This document shows, piece by piece, positions 21,054 to 30,731 of a stretch of 64,000 nucleotides of DNA; the stretch's first letter is position 1; the number at the start of each line of letters is the position of its first letter. A model generated the notes under the pieces. That model was not told the DNA's origin. It was given only the letters and a program-made list of their open reading frames with translations, and searched no databases. Source of the stretch: Vampirovibrionaceae bacterium NZW_1234 (GTDB taxonomy: Bacteria > Cyanobacteriota > Vampirovibrionia > Vampirovibrionales > JAGQHJ01); NCBI GenBank assembly GCA_041697335.1, contig JBGUGD010000009.1, forward strand, positions 64,001 to 128,000. Reading direction: 5' to 3'. The translations under genes and the position numbers were made by a program.

Positions 21054-21617
21054 ATGAAAACCAACAAAACCACGCTAATCTTGATTTTAAGTGTCATCCT
21101 GTTGATGATCGGTGCCGTATGGGTTCTGCGTCCTCAATCCGATCCGTCGGTAAAGCCTTGGATGCAGGCGACAACCAGCCAAAATGCGGCTTTGGTATAC
21201 TTTAGCAAAAGCAAGGGTAGTGACGTCGTGACGGAAGCGGTTACCCGCCCCTGGCCTTCACCGCCGCCAACCGATGATGCCCAGCGTGTGTCCTACGCCG
21301 TGACCGAACTGTTAAAGGGCCCCTCTGAAACCGAGCAGGGGAATGGCTATTCGTCTGAGATTCCTCAAGGCACCAAGCTGTTGTCGGTGACACAAGCCAA
21401 GGACAGTATTCAAATTAACCTTTCTCCCGAATTTACCTCGGGGGGCGGTTCAAACAGCATGCTGCAGCGGTTGCGGCAGTTGTCCAAGACCTTGGTGTCT
21501 GCCTCTCATAAGAAACCCGTCTATCTCAAAGTCGATGGCCAACAGGTCGAGGTTTTGGGTGGGGAGGGGCTGTCTGTGCCTCAGCCGCTGACAAAAGATC
21601 CGGATATTACGCAATAA
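21054..21617 (+). CDS. GerMN domain protein
   Basis: N-terminal TM; ELLKGPSETE, SEIPQGTKLL, NLSPEFTSGGGS. Confidence 0.88.
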   Translation: MKTNKTTLILILSVILLMIGAVWVLRPQSDPSVKPWMQATTSQNAALVYFSKSKGSDVVTEAVTRPWPSPPPTDDAQRVSYAVTELLKGPSETEQGNGYSSEIPQGTKLLSVTQAKDSIQINLSPEFTSGGGSNSMLQRLRQLSKTLVSASHKKPVYLKVDGQQVEVLGGEGLSVPQPLTKDPDITQ

Positions 21618-21765
21618 CGTGGGCGGCATCTTCGTTCCTTAGATGATAGTGGCTCGGAAAATCCTCTGTTAATAGGATGAGCACGGCCGCAAGACGCGGG
21701 ACACTAGAGGTCAGTATGGCCCGGTATGTGCCTGAATATAGGGCCTGATGTCTAAAGGAGTGATC

Positions 21766-22377
21766 ATGTTTAATCGGCCTATCCCAGGCGGGGTGAACGA
21801 GGACGACACCATTGAATCCATAGCGGATCGGCCTGACCTGTGCCATAAATGCGGCCGATGCTGCCGGTCGGCGACAACGTTTAATTCATACAAGCGTCTG
21901 TTGGAAATGGTCGAAGAAGGCAACCAGGAAGCCATCGACTTTCTAGAGATTTTTGAGCCGTTTCCGTCCCTGGATGAGGCCCGCAAAGTGGTGCCTGAAC
22001 AGGTGGAGCGTGTAATTGAAATTGTAAAAGAACGCGAAGACATGAAACTCGAAGAGCTCACGTTCTATCACTGTCGCTATGTGACCGAGGAAGGGTTGTG
22101 CGGCATTTATGAACGTCGGCCCCGGTGTTGCAAGGATGCTCCTTATAACGGCTGGTCCGTTATGCCCCCGGGATGTGGCTTTGAAGGTTGGCAGTTTGAG
22201 CAGCGCGAAAAACAAAAGGCCGATATTCGCAAGCTCAAGGAAGTGCAGTTTCAAATGGAAATGCTGTCCCCGGACGGGGTTCATATGCCCACGCGCAATA
22301 TGACGTTGGACGATCTTCGTGCGTCCATTAACGAAGCCATTGCACCGTGGAAGAACTATGGCTCCGAGCACTGGTAA
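21766..22377 (+). CDS. YkgJ family cysteine-cluster protein (CxxCxxCC; FliB-related superfamily)
   Basis: CHKCGRCC...CRY...CGIYERRPRCC...PGCG; AAGGAG RBS. Confidence 0.85.
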   Translation: MFNRPIPGGVNEDDTIESIADRPDLCHKCGRCCRSATTFNSYKRLLEMVEEGNQEAIDFLEIFEPFPSLDEARKVVPEQVERVIEIVKEREDMKLEELTFYHCRYVTEEGLCGIYERRPRCCKDAPYNGWSVMPPGCGFEGWQFEQREKQKADIRKLKEVQFQMEMLSPDGVHMPTRNMTLDDLRASINEAIAPWKNYGSEHW

Positions 22378-22420
22378 TGATATGGATGTTGATAATTGAT
22401 ATTAAAGAAGAGGCCACGGT

Positions 22421-23005
22421 ATGACCGAGGATTTGGAACAACTTGAAATCGATGCTATGAAAGAGGCCAACGACTTTTCCGGTCTTGGCCAGAAATTGCG
22501 CGAGTTGTTCAAGCTTCCCCAGCATTTATGTAAGACCCGGGGCATGTGCTGCAAGGTTGCGACCTTTAAAAGCAACATGTCTTATGAACAGTTAAAAGCC
22601 CTGGCCGAGTCCGATGACCCTAATGCCAGCAACGCCCGAGAGTTTTTAACGCTCTTTATTCCCTTTGAAACCGAGGAAGAAGTTCGCGCCATTGCCCCCG
22701 TTTTTGTAGATCGGGTTAAAGAGGCCGACCCCGAAAAAGCTGATGCCGTCAGCTTTTTCCACTGCCGTTTTGTCGGTGATGACGGGCGCTGCATGATCCA
22801 TGAAGACAGACCCACAGGCTGCCGCATTTACCCGTTCCCGCATGAAAAAACCATCTACCACCCCGGCTGCGGCTTCGAGGAAAAGGGCTACGAAAACATG
22901 CGAAAAATGAACGACATCACCGAATTTTTTAATCGCAAGCTCAAGGAACTGGAGGAAGAAGCTCAATCGCTGGAAAGCCAGATGGATGAGGACGAGAGCC
23001 TGTAA
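22421..23005 (+). CDS. YkgJ family cysteine-cluster protein, paralogue of the upstream gene
   Basis: CKTRGMCC...CRF...CMIHEDRPTGCRIYP...PGCG. Confidence 0.85.
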   Translation: MTEDLEQLEIDAMKEANDFSGLGQKLRELFKLPQHLCKTRGMCCKVATFKSNMSYEQLKALAESDDPNASNAREFLTLFIPFETEEEVRAIAPVFVDRVKEADPEKADAVSFFHCRFVGDDGRCMIHEDRPTGCRIYPFPHEKTIYHPGCGFEEKGYENMRKMNDITEFFNRKLKELEEEAQSLESQMDEDESL

Positions 23006-23176
23006 ATATAATATATTGTTTTTTGAACAATTAGGTATTTATCACGTGAAAATGTTCCTGCGTAATTTGTTCTTGACAGCGCTATATCTCTCTTAGGGAC
23101 TGCTTAACCGCATTTAGTATAATAATTGGTTTATAACTTTAAAAAAATAAAAATTGTTAACGTTATTCACAGAATA

Positions 23177-23210
23177 ACACCATTTCTCTTAAGAAATTTT
23201 TTATACCTAT
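23177..23210 (+). promoter_or_regulatory. Copy of the recurring bipartite promoter-like motif
   Basis: ACACCA-N14-TTTTTTATA-ccta-T, 43 bp upstream of ATG 23249. Confidence 0.55.
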
Positions 23211-23248
23211 AGCAGAGAATATTACGATGTAAAGCGGGGGAATTACGA

Positions 23249-24448
23249 ATGGGTTTATCCAGCTTGGCTGTAGTCTTGGGGATTATCAATCAGATTTATG
23301 CGATTGATTTTCAAACCAACGCGCTTTATCAACAGAAATTTGCTATTGCAAAATTTGCACAATTGATGAACCAGAATAAGATGTCTGCCTACATGGCTAA
23401 AGAAGGGCAGATGGTTAAGTTCCAGGTCTTGGATATGAGTGGCGATGTTCCGGTGATTGTTCAAAATCGCTTCCGAAACTCCAACTCTGTGTTACGTGCC
23501 GCGGCTGCCAATAATACGGCACCTGGACAACCAGGTCACCAAATTTTCCAAAATCATCGGGCTGAACTGTTTAGAAGCAACGGAGTGAACGATACTCGTC
23601 GTTTCCGTCCGGATGGAACGGTTGAAAGTGGTGAAATCCGTGTAGGTAGTGTTGTTGTCCCAGCGACTTATGCGGCTTGTACGACTGAGGAGCAGCGTGA
23701 AGCGTTCCGCAAGGTTCGTCACCTGGAAGATGTTGCTCGTGCCCGTGCACAAACCCAATTGGGTGAGAATTATTACTATAGTCAGAACGCCAATGGTGTG
23801 AGTAACACTGATCTATTCTTAGGCCGAGGCGAGGTACGCGATGACTCGTTCCTGGTGTATGATGCCAGTGGTCACTTGACACCTCCGGGCTTCTTGCCGA
23901 TTACGGATCAGTCTCGTGCAGCCTGGGCCAACGCATCGGCTTCGGATATTTTCCATCCGAACGTGGGAAGCAATGCTCACGCGGCTAGCGATGGTGAAGT
24001 TGAGGATGTTTATCGGGGTGTTGGAGGGGCACCTGCAACACCACAAGCCAGACGGGATGCCTTCAACCGGCTTGCCGGGCTGGAAGATGGAGCAGTTCTT
24101 AATGCTGCGGGTGGTGCTGGTAACGAATTTGTTGCCTTGGCGGCAAAATACGGCCTACCTGCAAACTGTACGGCTCAGCAGCTTAGACAAGCGATTACGA
24201 ACGGGATTCGTCAGAACCGTCGTGCTCAGTGTCCAACCGCTAAGAAAGGCGAGTTGATGCTGGATAAGAAACAAGCCGAAGAACTGGCCAAAGCGTATCT
24301 GGAAGCTTTGAACCAGATGGAAAAAGAAATTGATATGAAGTTGGAAACCTTAAAGTCACAGCGTGCTGCTCTGAACTCGCAGAAAGAAGAATATCAGAAG
24401 TACGTATCTGAAGGCATTAAATCCAGCTTTAAGAATAACTACGCATAA
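23249..24448 (+). CDS. Hypothetical protein with helical N- and C-termini and a variable middle
   Basis: 399-aa ORF with RBS; C-terminal coiled coil EKEIDMKLETLKSQ...IKSSFK. Confidence 0.85.
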   Translation: MGLSSLAVVLGIINQIYAIDFQTNALYQQKFAIAKFAQLMNQNKMSAYMAKEGQMVKFQVLDMSGDVPVIVQNRFRNSNSVLRAAAANNTAPGQPGHQIFQNHRAELFRSNGVNDTRRFRPDGTVESGEIRVGSVVVPATYAACTTEEQREAFRKVRHLEDVARARAQTQLGENYYYSQNANGVSNTDLFLGRGEVRDDSFLVYDASGHLTPPGFLPITDQSRAAWANASASDIFHPNVGSNAHAASDGEVEDVYRGVGGAPATPQARRDAFNRLAGLEDGAVLNAAGGAGNEFVALAAKYGLPANCTAQQLRQAITNGIRQNRRAQCPTAKKGELMLDKKQAEELAKAYLEALNQMEKEIDMKLETLKSQRAALNSQKEEYQKYVSEGIKSSFKNNYA

Positions 24449-24458
24449 CATATTAAAT

Positions 24459-24491
24459 AAAGGCCTACAGGGGAATACCTGTAGGCCTTTT
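24459..24491 (+). terminator. Rho-independent terminator
   Basis: aaaggcctacagg/cctgtaggccttt(t). Confidence 0.85.
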
Positions 24492-24740
24492 CAGCAAACA
24501 AAGCTATTAATCTATAGCAGACCGAGTTATAGGAGAAATTTGAAAGTAAAAATACAAATCTGAAATTATAAATCTAGAAAAAGCCTTTTAAAGCTAAATA
24601 TCGTGGTTTAAACTTTTAAACTAAAGTTTATAATGTGTGTAAAAACAAATAAATAAATGATTATTAAAAGAATATTAATAATCGAATAAAAACTGGTTTT
24701 ATACACATAGGGGTAATGATTTTTAAGGGGGGTATACACA

Positions 24741-27431
24741 ATGTCAGGTATTGGTATCAGGGGGTTTGATCCGACGGAGCCTGTATTATTCGGGCCTGAT
24801 GGTGACATGCCAGTACGTGGACGTCGGCCTGCGGAACCATTTGTTCCTCGGATGGGCATGACTGTATACCGTCCAATTGACCCAATGACAGGGTTGCCAA
24901 GAGCAATTCCTTATATACCTGTTCCTGTGGCTCCTCCATCTGAACCAACTGGCACTTCGGGTCCAGCTTCAGTTGATGGAATGAACTCGGGCGTTAGTTA
25001 TGATGATTTTTATGCTCTACCTCCAGCACCTACTCCCGTCGGTAGCTCTGGAGCATCCGGCACAAGTGGTGCATCTGGTGCAAGCGGTGCCTCAGGTACA
25101 AGTGGTACAACTAGTCCGGTAGTCCCTGCCACTCCAACTAATCCAGACGCCATTAATTATGACGATTTTTATGCTGTACCTTCAGCACCCACTCCCGTCG
25201 GTAGCTCTGGCGCATCCGGCACAAGCGGTGCATCCGGCACAAGCGGTGCATCCGGCACAAGTGGCGCATCCGGCACAAGTGGCGCATCCGGCACAAGTGG
25301 CGCATCCGGCACAAGCGGTGCATCTGGAACAAGCGGCGCATCTGGAACAAGTGGCGCATCCGGGCCGGTAGCCCCAGCCACTCCAACTGATCCAGACGCC
25401 ATTAATTATGACGATTTTTATGCTGTACCTCCAGCACCCACTCCCGTCGGTAGCTCTGGCGCATCCGGCACAAGCGGTGCATCCGGCACAAGTGGCGCAT
25501 CCGGCACAAGTGGTGCATCCGGTACAAGCGGTGCCTCTGGAACAAGCGGTGCCTCTGGAACAAGCGGTGCATCCGGCACAAGTGGCGCATCCGGGCCGGT
25601 AGCCCCAGCCAATCCAACTGATCCAGAAGCCATTAATTATGACGATTTTTATGCTGTAACGCCAGCACCTACTCCCGTCGGTAGCTCTGGCGCATCCGGC
25701 ACAAGCGGTGCCTCTGGAGCAAGTGGCGCATCCGGCACAAGCGGTGCCTCTGGAACAAGCGGCGCATCCGGCACAAGTGGTGCATCCGGCACAAGCGGCG
25801 CATCCGGTACAAGCGGTGCCTCTGGAACAAGCGGCGCATCCGGCACAAGTGGTGCCTCTGGAACAAGCGGCGCATCCGGCACAAGTGGTGCCTCTGGAAC
25901 AAGCGGCGCATCCGGACCAACAACGCTTGCTGTCGGTGGCATAAACTATACTCTAGAGGTTGGTAGGCCTTTAGCCGGGACATCGGTTAATTTAACTGCA
26001 GATGATGTCACTAAACTGCGTGATGAAACACGCCAAGCTGCAAATTGGACTCGCTTTGAGAGTCTCGTTAATGATAGAGGCAATCCGTCGAAGATTGCAG
26101 AACTGAATACCTTTTTAGAGGGGTTAAGTCCAGCGGAACGACGTGTTTTGATGGATCGACTTGAAAAGCAGCTCGCCGATCGAGAAACGCCCAGTGCTGG
26201 AACACCTGATCAAAACCTGAGAAGGGTTGCTGCTCTTGGTTTGCCGTCTAGTACTTGGATTCGAATGAATGCTGGATTGACCTATCAGCCCAGTAATACA
26301 GAATGGGCCGTTAAGGATATTGTTGAGGGCCGATATCAACATAATCCGGCGAATTTAGGGGAATCCAGAGCTGCTATTGATCGTGCATCGCAGCTGTACC
26401 AATATCTGCAGACCTTGAAAAATGGTAATCCTGAGCAGAGACGTTTATATGATTCCATTATTGCTTCATACCGGAGCCAGCCTGGAAAAGCGTCTGCAGA
26501 TTTAGAAGCCGATTTAATAACGAATCAACGAAATTATTTAAATTGGTTAAATACGTCGACGACCATTAGTGCTACAGATCGGAATGCAGCTGTTACACAG
26601 CTTTTTGCGGGGATGCCGGCTGCACAGGCAAATCTGATTACAAATCCGCAAATCGATGGTGCTCGTGTTTCTGATCAAACTCTATTCCAAAGAGGTAACG
26701 AAAAGACAGCAACAGCGAATACCGGTGATAATGCATTCCTAGATAGCTCAGGATTCTATGCGGTTTCTCGCTGGACGAATTATGATAATCCAACACAACA
26801 TGCGGCCTTGCAACAAGAACGAGCTGCTTTAAGGGCACGTTTGGCAGGAGCTCAGTGGGACACCTTACCAGATCAAGGCTTGGATCAAGCTGGCTTTGAG
26901 ACTTGGTTAAATGCTCAAAATGATAATGTTAAGAACTTTGTTCGGGATTATCATACTTACTTGCAAGGCCAAGGGGTCACTGATGCAAATGAACGAAATC
27001 GCAGAATTCGCACATTATTCCTATCTCTCAAAATGAATGAGGTTCCGACTCGGGAAGATGTACAGGCGATTTTGGAGAAACCACACCTTGCATTACCCAA
27101 CATTACTGCAGAGAACCTAAATCAAAACTATACATCCAATAGTGTTTGGGACAATAATGCAACAAATCGCACACATGTAAGAAACCACTTAGTTACTTTA
27201 GGAGCTCGTTTTAATGATCTGCCAGGCGAGAACCTCACTCCAGAATTATTTAACACGTGGTTAAATAATCAAAATGCTCAGGTTAAACGCTTTGCAGAAT
27301 CATATAGAGCCTATTTGAGGACTTTAACGACTGGATCTCCTGCGAGACCTTTAACAAATGAGCAGATAGAAAGAGCTCTCCGTGCCTATTTCCTGTCATT
27401 AAAGTTGGAAACAATGGCTCCGCGTAGCTAA
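24741..27431 (+). CDS. Large hypothetical protein with four YDDFY + collagen-like (Gly-X-Ser)n blocks and a duplicated C-terminal domain
   Basis: 896 aa; (GASGTS)n tracts; two copies of LP..L....F.TWLN.QN..VK.F...Y..YL...R..FLSLK near the C-terminus. Confidence 0.88.
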   Translation: MSGIGIRGFDPTEPVLFGPDGDMPVRGRRPAEPFVPRMGMTVYRPIDPMTGLPRAIPYIPVPVAPPSEPTGTSGPASVDGMNSGVSYDDFYALPPAPTPVGSSGASGTSGASGASGASGTSGTTSPVVPATPTNPDAINYDDFYAVPSAPTPVGSSGASGTSGASGTSGASGTSGASGTSGASGTSGASGTSGASGTSGASGTSGASGPVAPATPTDPDAINYDDFYAVPPAPTPVGSSGASGTSGASGTSGASGTSGASGTSGASGTSGASGTSGASGTSGASGPVAPANPTDPEAINYDDFYAVTPAPTPVGSSGASGTSGASGASGASGTSGASGTSGASGTSGASGTSGASGTSGASGTSGASGTSGASGTSGASGTSGASGTSGASGPTTLAVGGINYTLEVGRPLAGTSVNLTADDVTKLRDETRQAANWTRFESLVNDRGNPSKIAELNTFLEGLSPAERRVLMDRLEKQLADRETPSAGTPDQNLRRVAALGLPSSTWIRMNAGLTYQPSNTEWAVKDIVEGRYQHNPANLGESRAAIDRASQLYQYLQTLKNGNPEQRRLYDSIIASYRSQPGKASADLEADLITNQRNYLNWLNTSTTISATDRNAAVTQLFAGMPAAQANLITNPQIDGARVSDQTLFQRGNEKTATANTGDNAFLDSSGFYAVSRWTNYDNPTQHAALQQERAALRARLAGAQWDTLPDQGLDQAGFETWLNAQNDNVKNFVRDYHTYLQGQGVTDANERNRRIRTLFLSLKMNEVPTREDVQAILEKPHLALPNITAENLNQNYTSNSVWDNNATNRTHVRNHLVTLGARFNDLPGENLTPELFNTWLNNQNAQVKRFAESYRAYLRTLTTGSPARPLTNEQIERALRAYFLSLKLETMAPRS
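24999..25917 (+). repeat. Nested coding repeat: 18-bp GASGTS units inside four larger units
   Basis: ggcgcatccggcacaagt-like 18-mers; large units start at YDDFY codons 24999, 25158, 25407 and 25638. Confidence 0.95.
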
Positions 27432-27446
27432 CGAAATGAAGATAAT

Positions 27447-27482
27447 AAGAGCTCTTTGTGCAGAATGAACAAAGAGCTCTTC
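27447..27482 (+). terminator. Terminator hairpin
   Basis: aagagctctttgt/acaaagagctctt. Confidence 0.7.
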
Positions 27483-27698
27483 TACTGTTTATAAATTACT
27501 CGGCTAGAAAAATATAAGGTTAGAGCTAAGAGGGAGGAAAGCTTGAATTGATTTTTGTCAAATAATAGAGTTTTTAGTGCTATATGCCATTATGTTAACT
27601 TTTGTTTCATACGTAACATCAAAAATATTAATATTGTTTTTATATTTGTAAGACTTATATAGTGCTAGGGTAATTTCCGTCTCGGAGGACATGGTACG

Positions 27699-28514
27699 GT
27701 GACATTTAATACAATATTGTTAATGACAGTCCCGATGGCTGTCGGCCAAGATCCTGACACGCCAAAGAGGCCAAGCCAGGTAGATAAGATAGAACCTTTT
27801 CCAGGCGGAAATAATGAAAATCTAGTTATCGGTGGTATTCCCGGGGGAAAGACGGGGACACCGTTTAAACCGGGACAGGTTAAAGTGGATGATACTAGAG
27901 GCACAGAAACAGGTTCAGGTGGTTCGCCGGGAGGTACTGGTGGATCAGTTTTTAAGCCAGGTCAAGTTAAGGTTGATGAAACTCGTGGTACTGAAGTAAA
28001 ACCGCCTATCCCCCAGCCTGCAGTTTATACACCACCGGCAGGGTTTTCCATGGATGTTGCAAAGGCAAATAGCCTGAGCTACCCGCCCCCAAAAAGGCCA
28101 TATGATCGTGGCGATATGAACTCTGAAAGTTATTACATTGCACGTAATCGCCCGAAGAATGAAGCTTTTGTGAAGCAGCTTTATCAAATGATTCTGGGGA
28201 GAGATGGTTCTCCAGGAGAAATCAGTGGTTGGAGCTCACGGTTAGATTCAGGTGAATCTGCAGATATGGTTCTTGCAGAGTTTTTGATTTCTGATGAATT
28301 TAACCAGAAATATCCAATGAGTAATGAAGAATTTGTAAAAAACGTTTATCGAATCTACTTACGCCGTGAAGCTGATCCTGAAGGGATAGCAGGATGGAGT
28401 GGAAAGGTTAATAGTGGTGAATTATCTCGAAAAGACTTAATTAAAAATATACTTCAATCTGCAGAATTCAGAAATAATGTACTTTTGCCAAGGTTACGAA
28501 TGTTGACTAGATAA
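27699..28514 (+). CDS. Array member 1: leader + 2 FKPGQVKVDD motifs + DUF4214-like domain
   Basis: GTG start after GGAGG; NEAFVKQLYQMILGR...NEEFVKNVYRIYLRREADPEGIAGW...QSAEF. Confidence 0.85.
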   Translation: MTFNTILLMTVPMAVGQDPDTPKRPSQVDKIEPFPGGNNENLVIGGIPGGKTGTPFKPGQVKVDDTRGTETGSGGSPGGTGGSVFKPGQVKVDETRGTEVKPPIPQPAVYTPPAGFSMDVAKANSLSYPPPKRPYDRGDMNSESYYIARNRPKNEAFVKQLYQMILGRDGSPGEISGWSSRLDSGESADMVLAEFLISDEFNQKYPMSNEEFVKNVYRIYLRREADPEGIAGWSGKVNSGELSRKDLIKNILQSAEFRNNVLLPRLRMLTR

Positions 28515-28614
28515 TAAGCGGAATTTGGCCAAGTCAAGTCTATGGCCATCGTCAATCTCATCTCGTAGTGATTTTAAATTCTTATACAGCTAGGTTTATG
28601 GAGGTCGTTGGATA

Positions 28615-29496
28615 ATGAATATTTCACCTGTAATGTTATTGGGCTTGCCATTTGGAGCGCCGCAAGATCCTAATACGCCGAAGCCGCCTAGCAATACAAA
28701 AAATATTGACGACAGTAGTGGTAATGAGTTTGGGGTGCCAGGGGCAACAACTCCAGATAAGAAACCGAATCATTATTTTAAGCCCGGTCAAGTTAAAGTA
28801 GTGGATTCAGGGGGAACAGAACCCAATGCTTCGAAATCCAACGGACCACCCTCAAAAAGTATATTTAAGCCGGGTCAGGTAAAAGTGGATGATTCTCGTG
28901 GGTCCGAGAAGGGAGTGCCCACTAAGGCCCCTGTGGTTTCTACTCCTCCATCTAGGAGCATCGATTTGGAATCTGCAAAGCGTTTAAGCTATCCTCCCAT
29001 CAATATTTGGGCTCTTAATTCTCTACCTGAACCATATAATTCTTTTGTGCAAGGAAATACCAAATATTTAGTTGAAAAATGCTTAAATAACTTTTCGAAG
29101 CAAACTTTTTTGGAAATCCAAAATAAAAAATTTGCAAAAGATGTCTACCAGCTATTGTTGGGCCGGGAAATACAGCCTTGGGAATTAGAGGCACGTGCCA
29201 ATCAATTGCAAACCGGTGAATTTACTCCGGAAGACTTAATAAAGGCGGTTCTCATTTCGGATGAGTTTAACCAGAAAAACCCAATGAGTAACGAGGAATT
29301 TACCAGAAGCCTATATCGGCTGATTCTACAACGAGAAGCGAAACCAAATGAAGTTTCTGGTTGGGCTTCCGCATTAGACTCAGGTCAGGTTAGTCGCAAG
29401 CAGATGATAGAAAAATTTCAGCAGTCCAGTGAATATCTTAGTGATGTAGCCTACCCAAGGTTTAAGGATGAAATAAGCCGTTATTCATTCTTGTAA
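28615..29496 (+). CDS. Array member 2: leader + 2 motifs + DUF4214-like domain
   Basis: FAKDVYQLLLGRE...NEEFTRSLYRLILQREA...QSSEY. Confidence 0.85.
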   Translation: MNISPVMLLGLPFGAPQDPNTPKPPSNTKNIDDSSGNEFGVPGATTPDKKPNHYFKPGQVKVVDSGGTEPNASKSNGPPSKSIFKPGQVKVDDSRGSEKGVPTKAPVVSTPPSRSIDLESAKRLSYPPINIWALNSLPEPYNSFVQGNTKYLVEKCLNNFSKQTFLEIQNKKFAKDVYQLLLGREIQPWELEARANQLQTGEFTPEDLIKAVLISDEFNQKNPMSNEEFTRSLYRLILQREAKPNEVSGWASALDSGQVSRKQMIEKFQQSSEYLSDVAYPRFKDEISRYSFL

Positions 29497-29557
29497 TGAA
29501 CAAAAAGAATTTTGATTACATTGGTTATTTACGGATAAGACACAGGAGACAATAAAA

Positions 29558-30079
29558 ATGAGCGTTACTAGTGTTTTACTTTTCGGAACACCATTGGCAA
29601 TTGGACAAGACCCAAATACACCAAAGCGTCCAACTCAAACAGGCACGATTGACCCGGATGCAGGTCGTGATAGTAATCCAGTCGTTGGCCCGGGAACAAC
29701 AGGGACACAAAACAATGTGTTTAAGCCTGGGCAGGTAAAAGTTGATGATAAACGTGGGACGGAGGTCACGGGTGCATCTTCCGGAAATTCGCCTCAAACG
29801 GTGTTTAAGCCAGGTCAAGTAAAAGTAGATGACACGCGCGGGACCGAAGTTGTAAAAGCACCGGTCGTAAATGTCCCTGCACCAACGGCCCCAACACCTG
29901 CAGTGACGTACTACCAACCGGTAAAAACCACAGATCCCGATGATGAATTGGTTTATGATGATACTTGTGGTAATGACGTCTATTATACCCGTCGTCAATT
30001 GCGAGAGAAAGAGGAAGCTATTCAGCGCGCACGCCCAAATGACACACCTCCAAGCTCTGATCCCTATGACAACTACTAA
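29558..30079 (+). CDS. Array member 3: leader + 2 motifs + DPDDEL.Y.D.CGND tail
   Basis: AGGAG RBS; shared leader GQDPNTPKRP. Confidence 0.85.
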   Translation: MSVTSVLLFGTPLAIGQDPNTPKRPTQTGTIDPDAGRDSNPVVGPGTTGTQNNVFKPGQVKVDDKRGTEVTGASSGNSPQTVFKPGQVKVDDTRGTEVVKAPVVNVPAPTAPTPAVTYYQPVKTTDPDDELVYDDTCGNDVYYTRRQLREKEEAIQRARPNDTPPSSDPYDNY

Positions 30080-30142
30080 CAGCTCATATAAAGAAAGACA
30101 CACGTAAATTAAATTGATAATTCGTAGGAGGACAACGATATA

Positions 30143-30664
30143 ATGAGCGTTACGAGTGTTTTGCTATTTGGGACACAGCTCGCAATTGGACAAGACCCAA
30201 ATACACCAAAGCGTCCAACTCAAACAGGTACGGTTGACCCGGATGCAGGTCGTGATAGTAATCCAGTCGTTGGCCCGGGAACAACAGGGACACAAAACAA
30301 TGTGTTTAAGCCTGGGCATGTAAAAGTTGATGATAAACGTGGAACGGAGGTCACGGGTGCATCTTCCGGAAATTCACCTCAAATGGTGTTTAAGCCAGGT
30401 CAAGTAAAAGTAGATGACACGCGCGGGACCGAAGTTCTGAAGACGCCAATTGGCGATACTCTGAGACCAACAAAGCCAACATCTGTGGTTAATAACTATC
30501 CACTGGTAATAACCACAGATCCTGATGATGAATTGGATTATACTGACTCCTGTGGTAACGATATTTACTTTACTCGGCGTCAGGTACGTGAAAAATGGGA
30601 AGCTGTTCAACGGGCAAGAGCAAATAGCAGACCCTCAAGCTCTGAATCCTATGACGACAATTGA
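30143..30664 (+). CDS. Array member 4: recent duplicate of member 3
   Basis: Near-identical DNA over the first about 290 bp; same tail family. Confidence 0.85.
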   Translation: MSVTSVLLFGTQLAIGQDPNTPKRPTQTGTVDPDAGRDSNPVVGPGTTGTQNNVFKPGHVKVDDKRGTEVTGASSGNSPQMVFKPGQVKVDDTRGTEVLKTPIGDTLRPTKPTSVVNNYPLVITTDPDDELDYTDSCGNDIYFTRRQVREKWEAVQRARANSRPSSSESYDDN

Positions 30665-30731
30665 ATACTCAAGTAAGAGACGAAAATAACTTGAAGAAAT
30701 TAATTGGATAGAATATGGAGTAAATTGGAAA

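Noticed and set aside
24999..25917. Regular DNA repeats as a CRISPR array
   Set aside because: Units are contiguous 18-mers with third-position variation inside an ORF; there are no unique spacers and no cas genes.
25040..25917. SGAS as ApbE flavinylation sites
   Set aside because: Lacks the upstream Asp of the DxxSGAT-type motif and no apbE is in the window; Gly-X-Y periodicity explains it better.
29558..30664. Near-identical pair as a diversity-generating retroelement TR/VR
   Set aside because: Differences are not adenine-specific, both copies are intact genes, and no reverse transcriptase is present.
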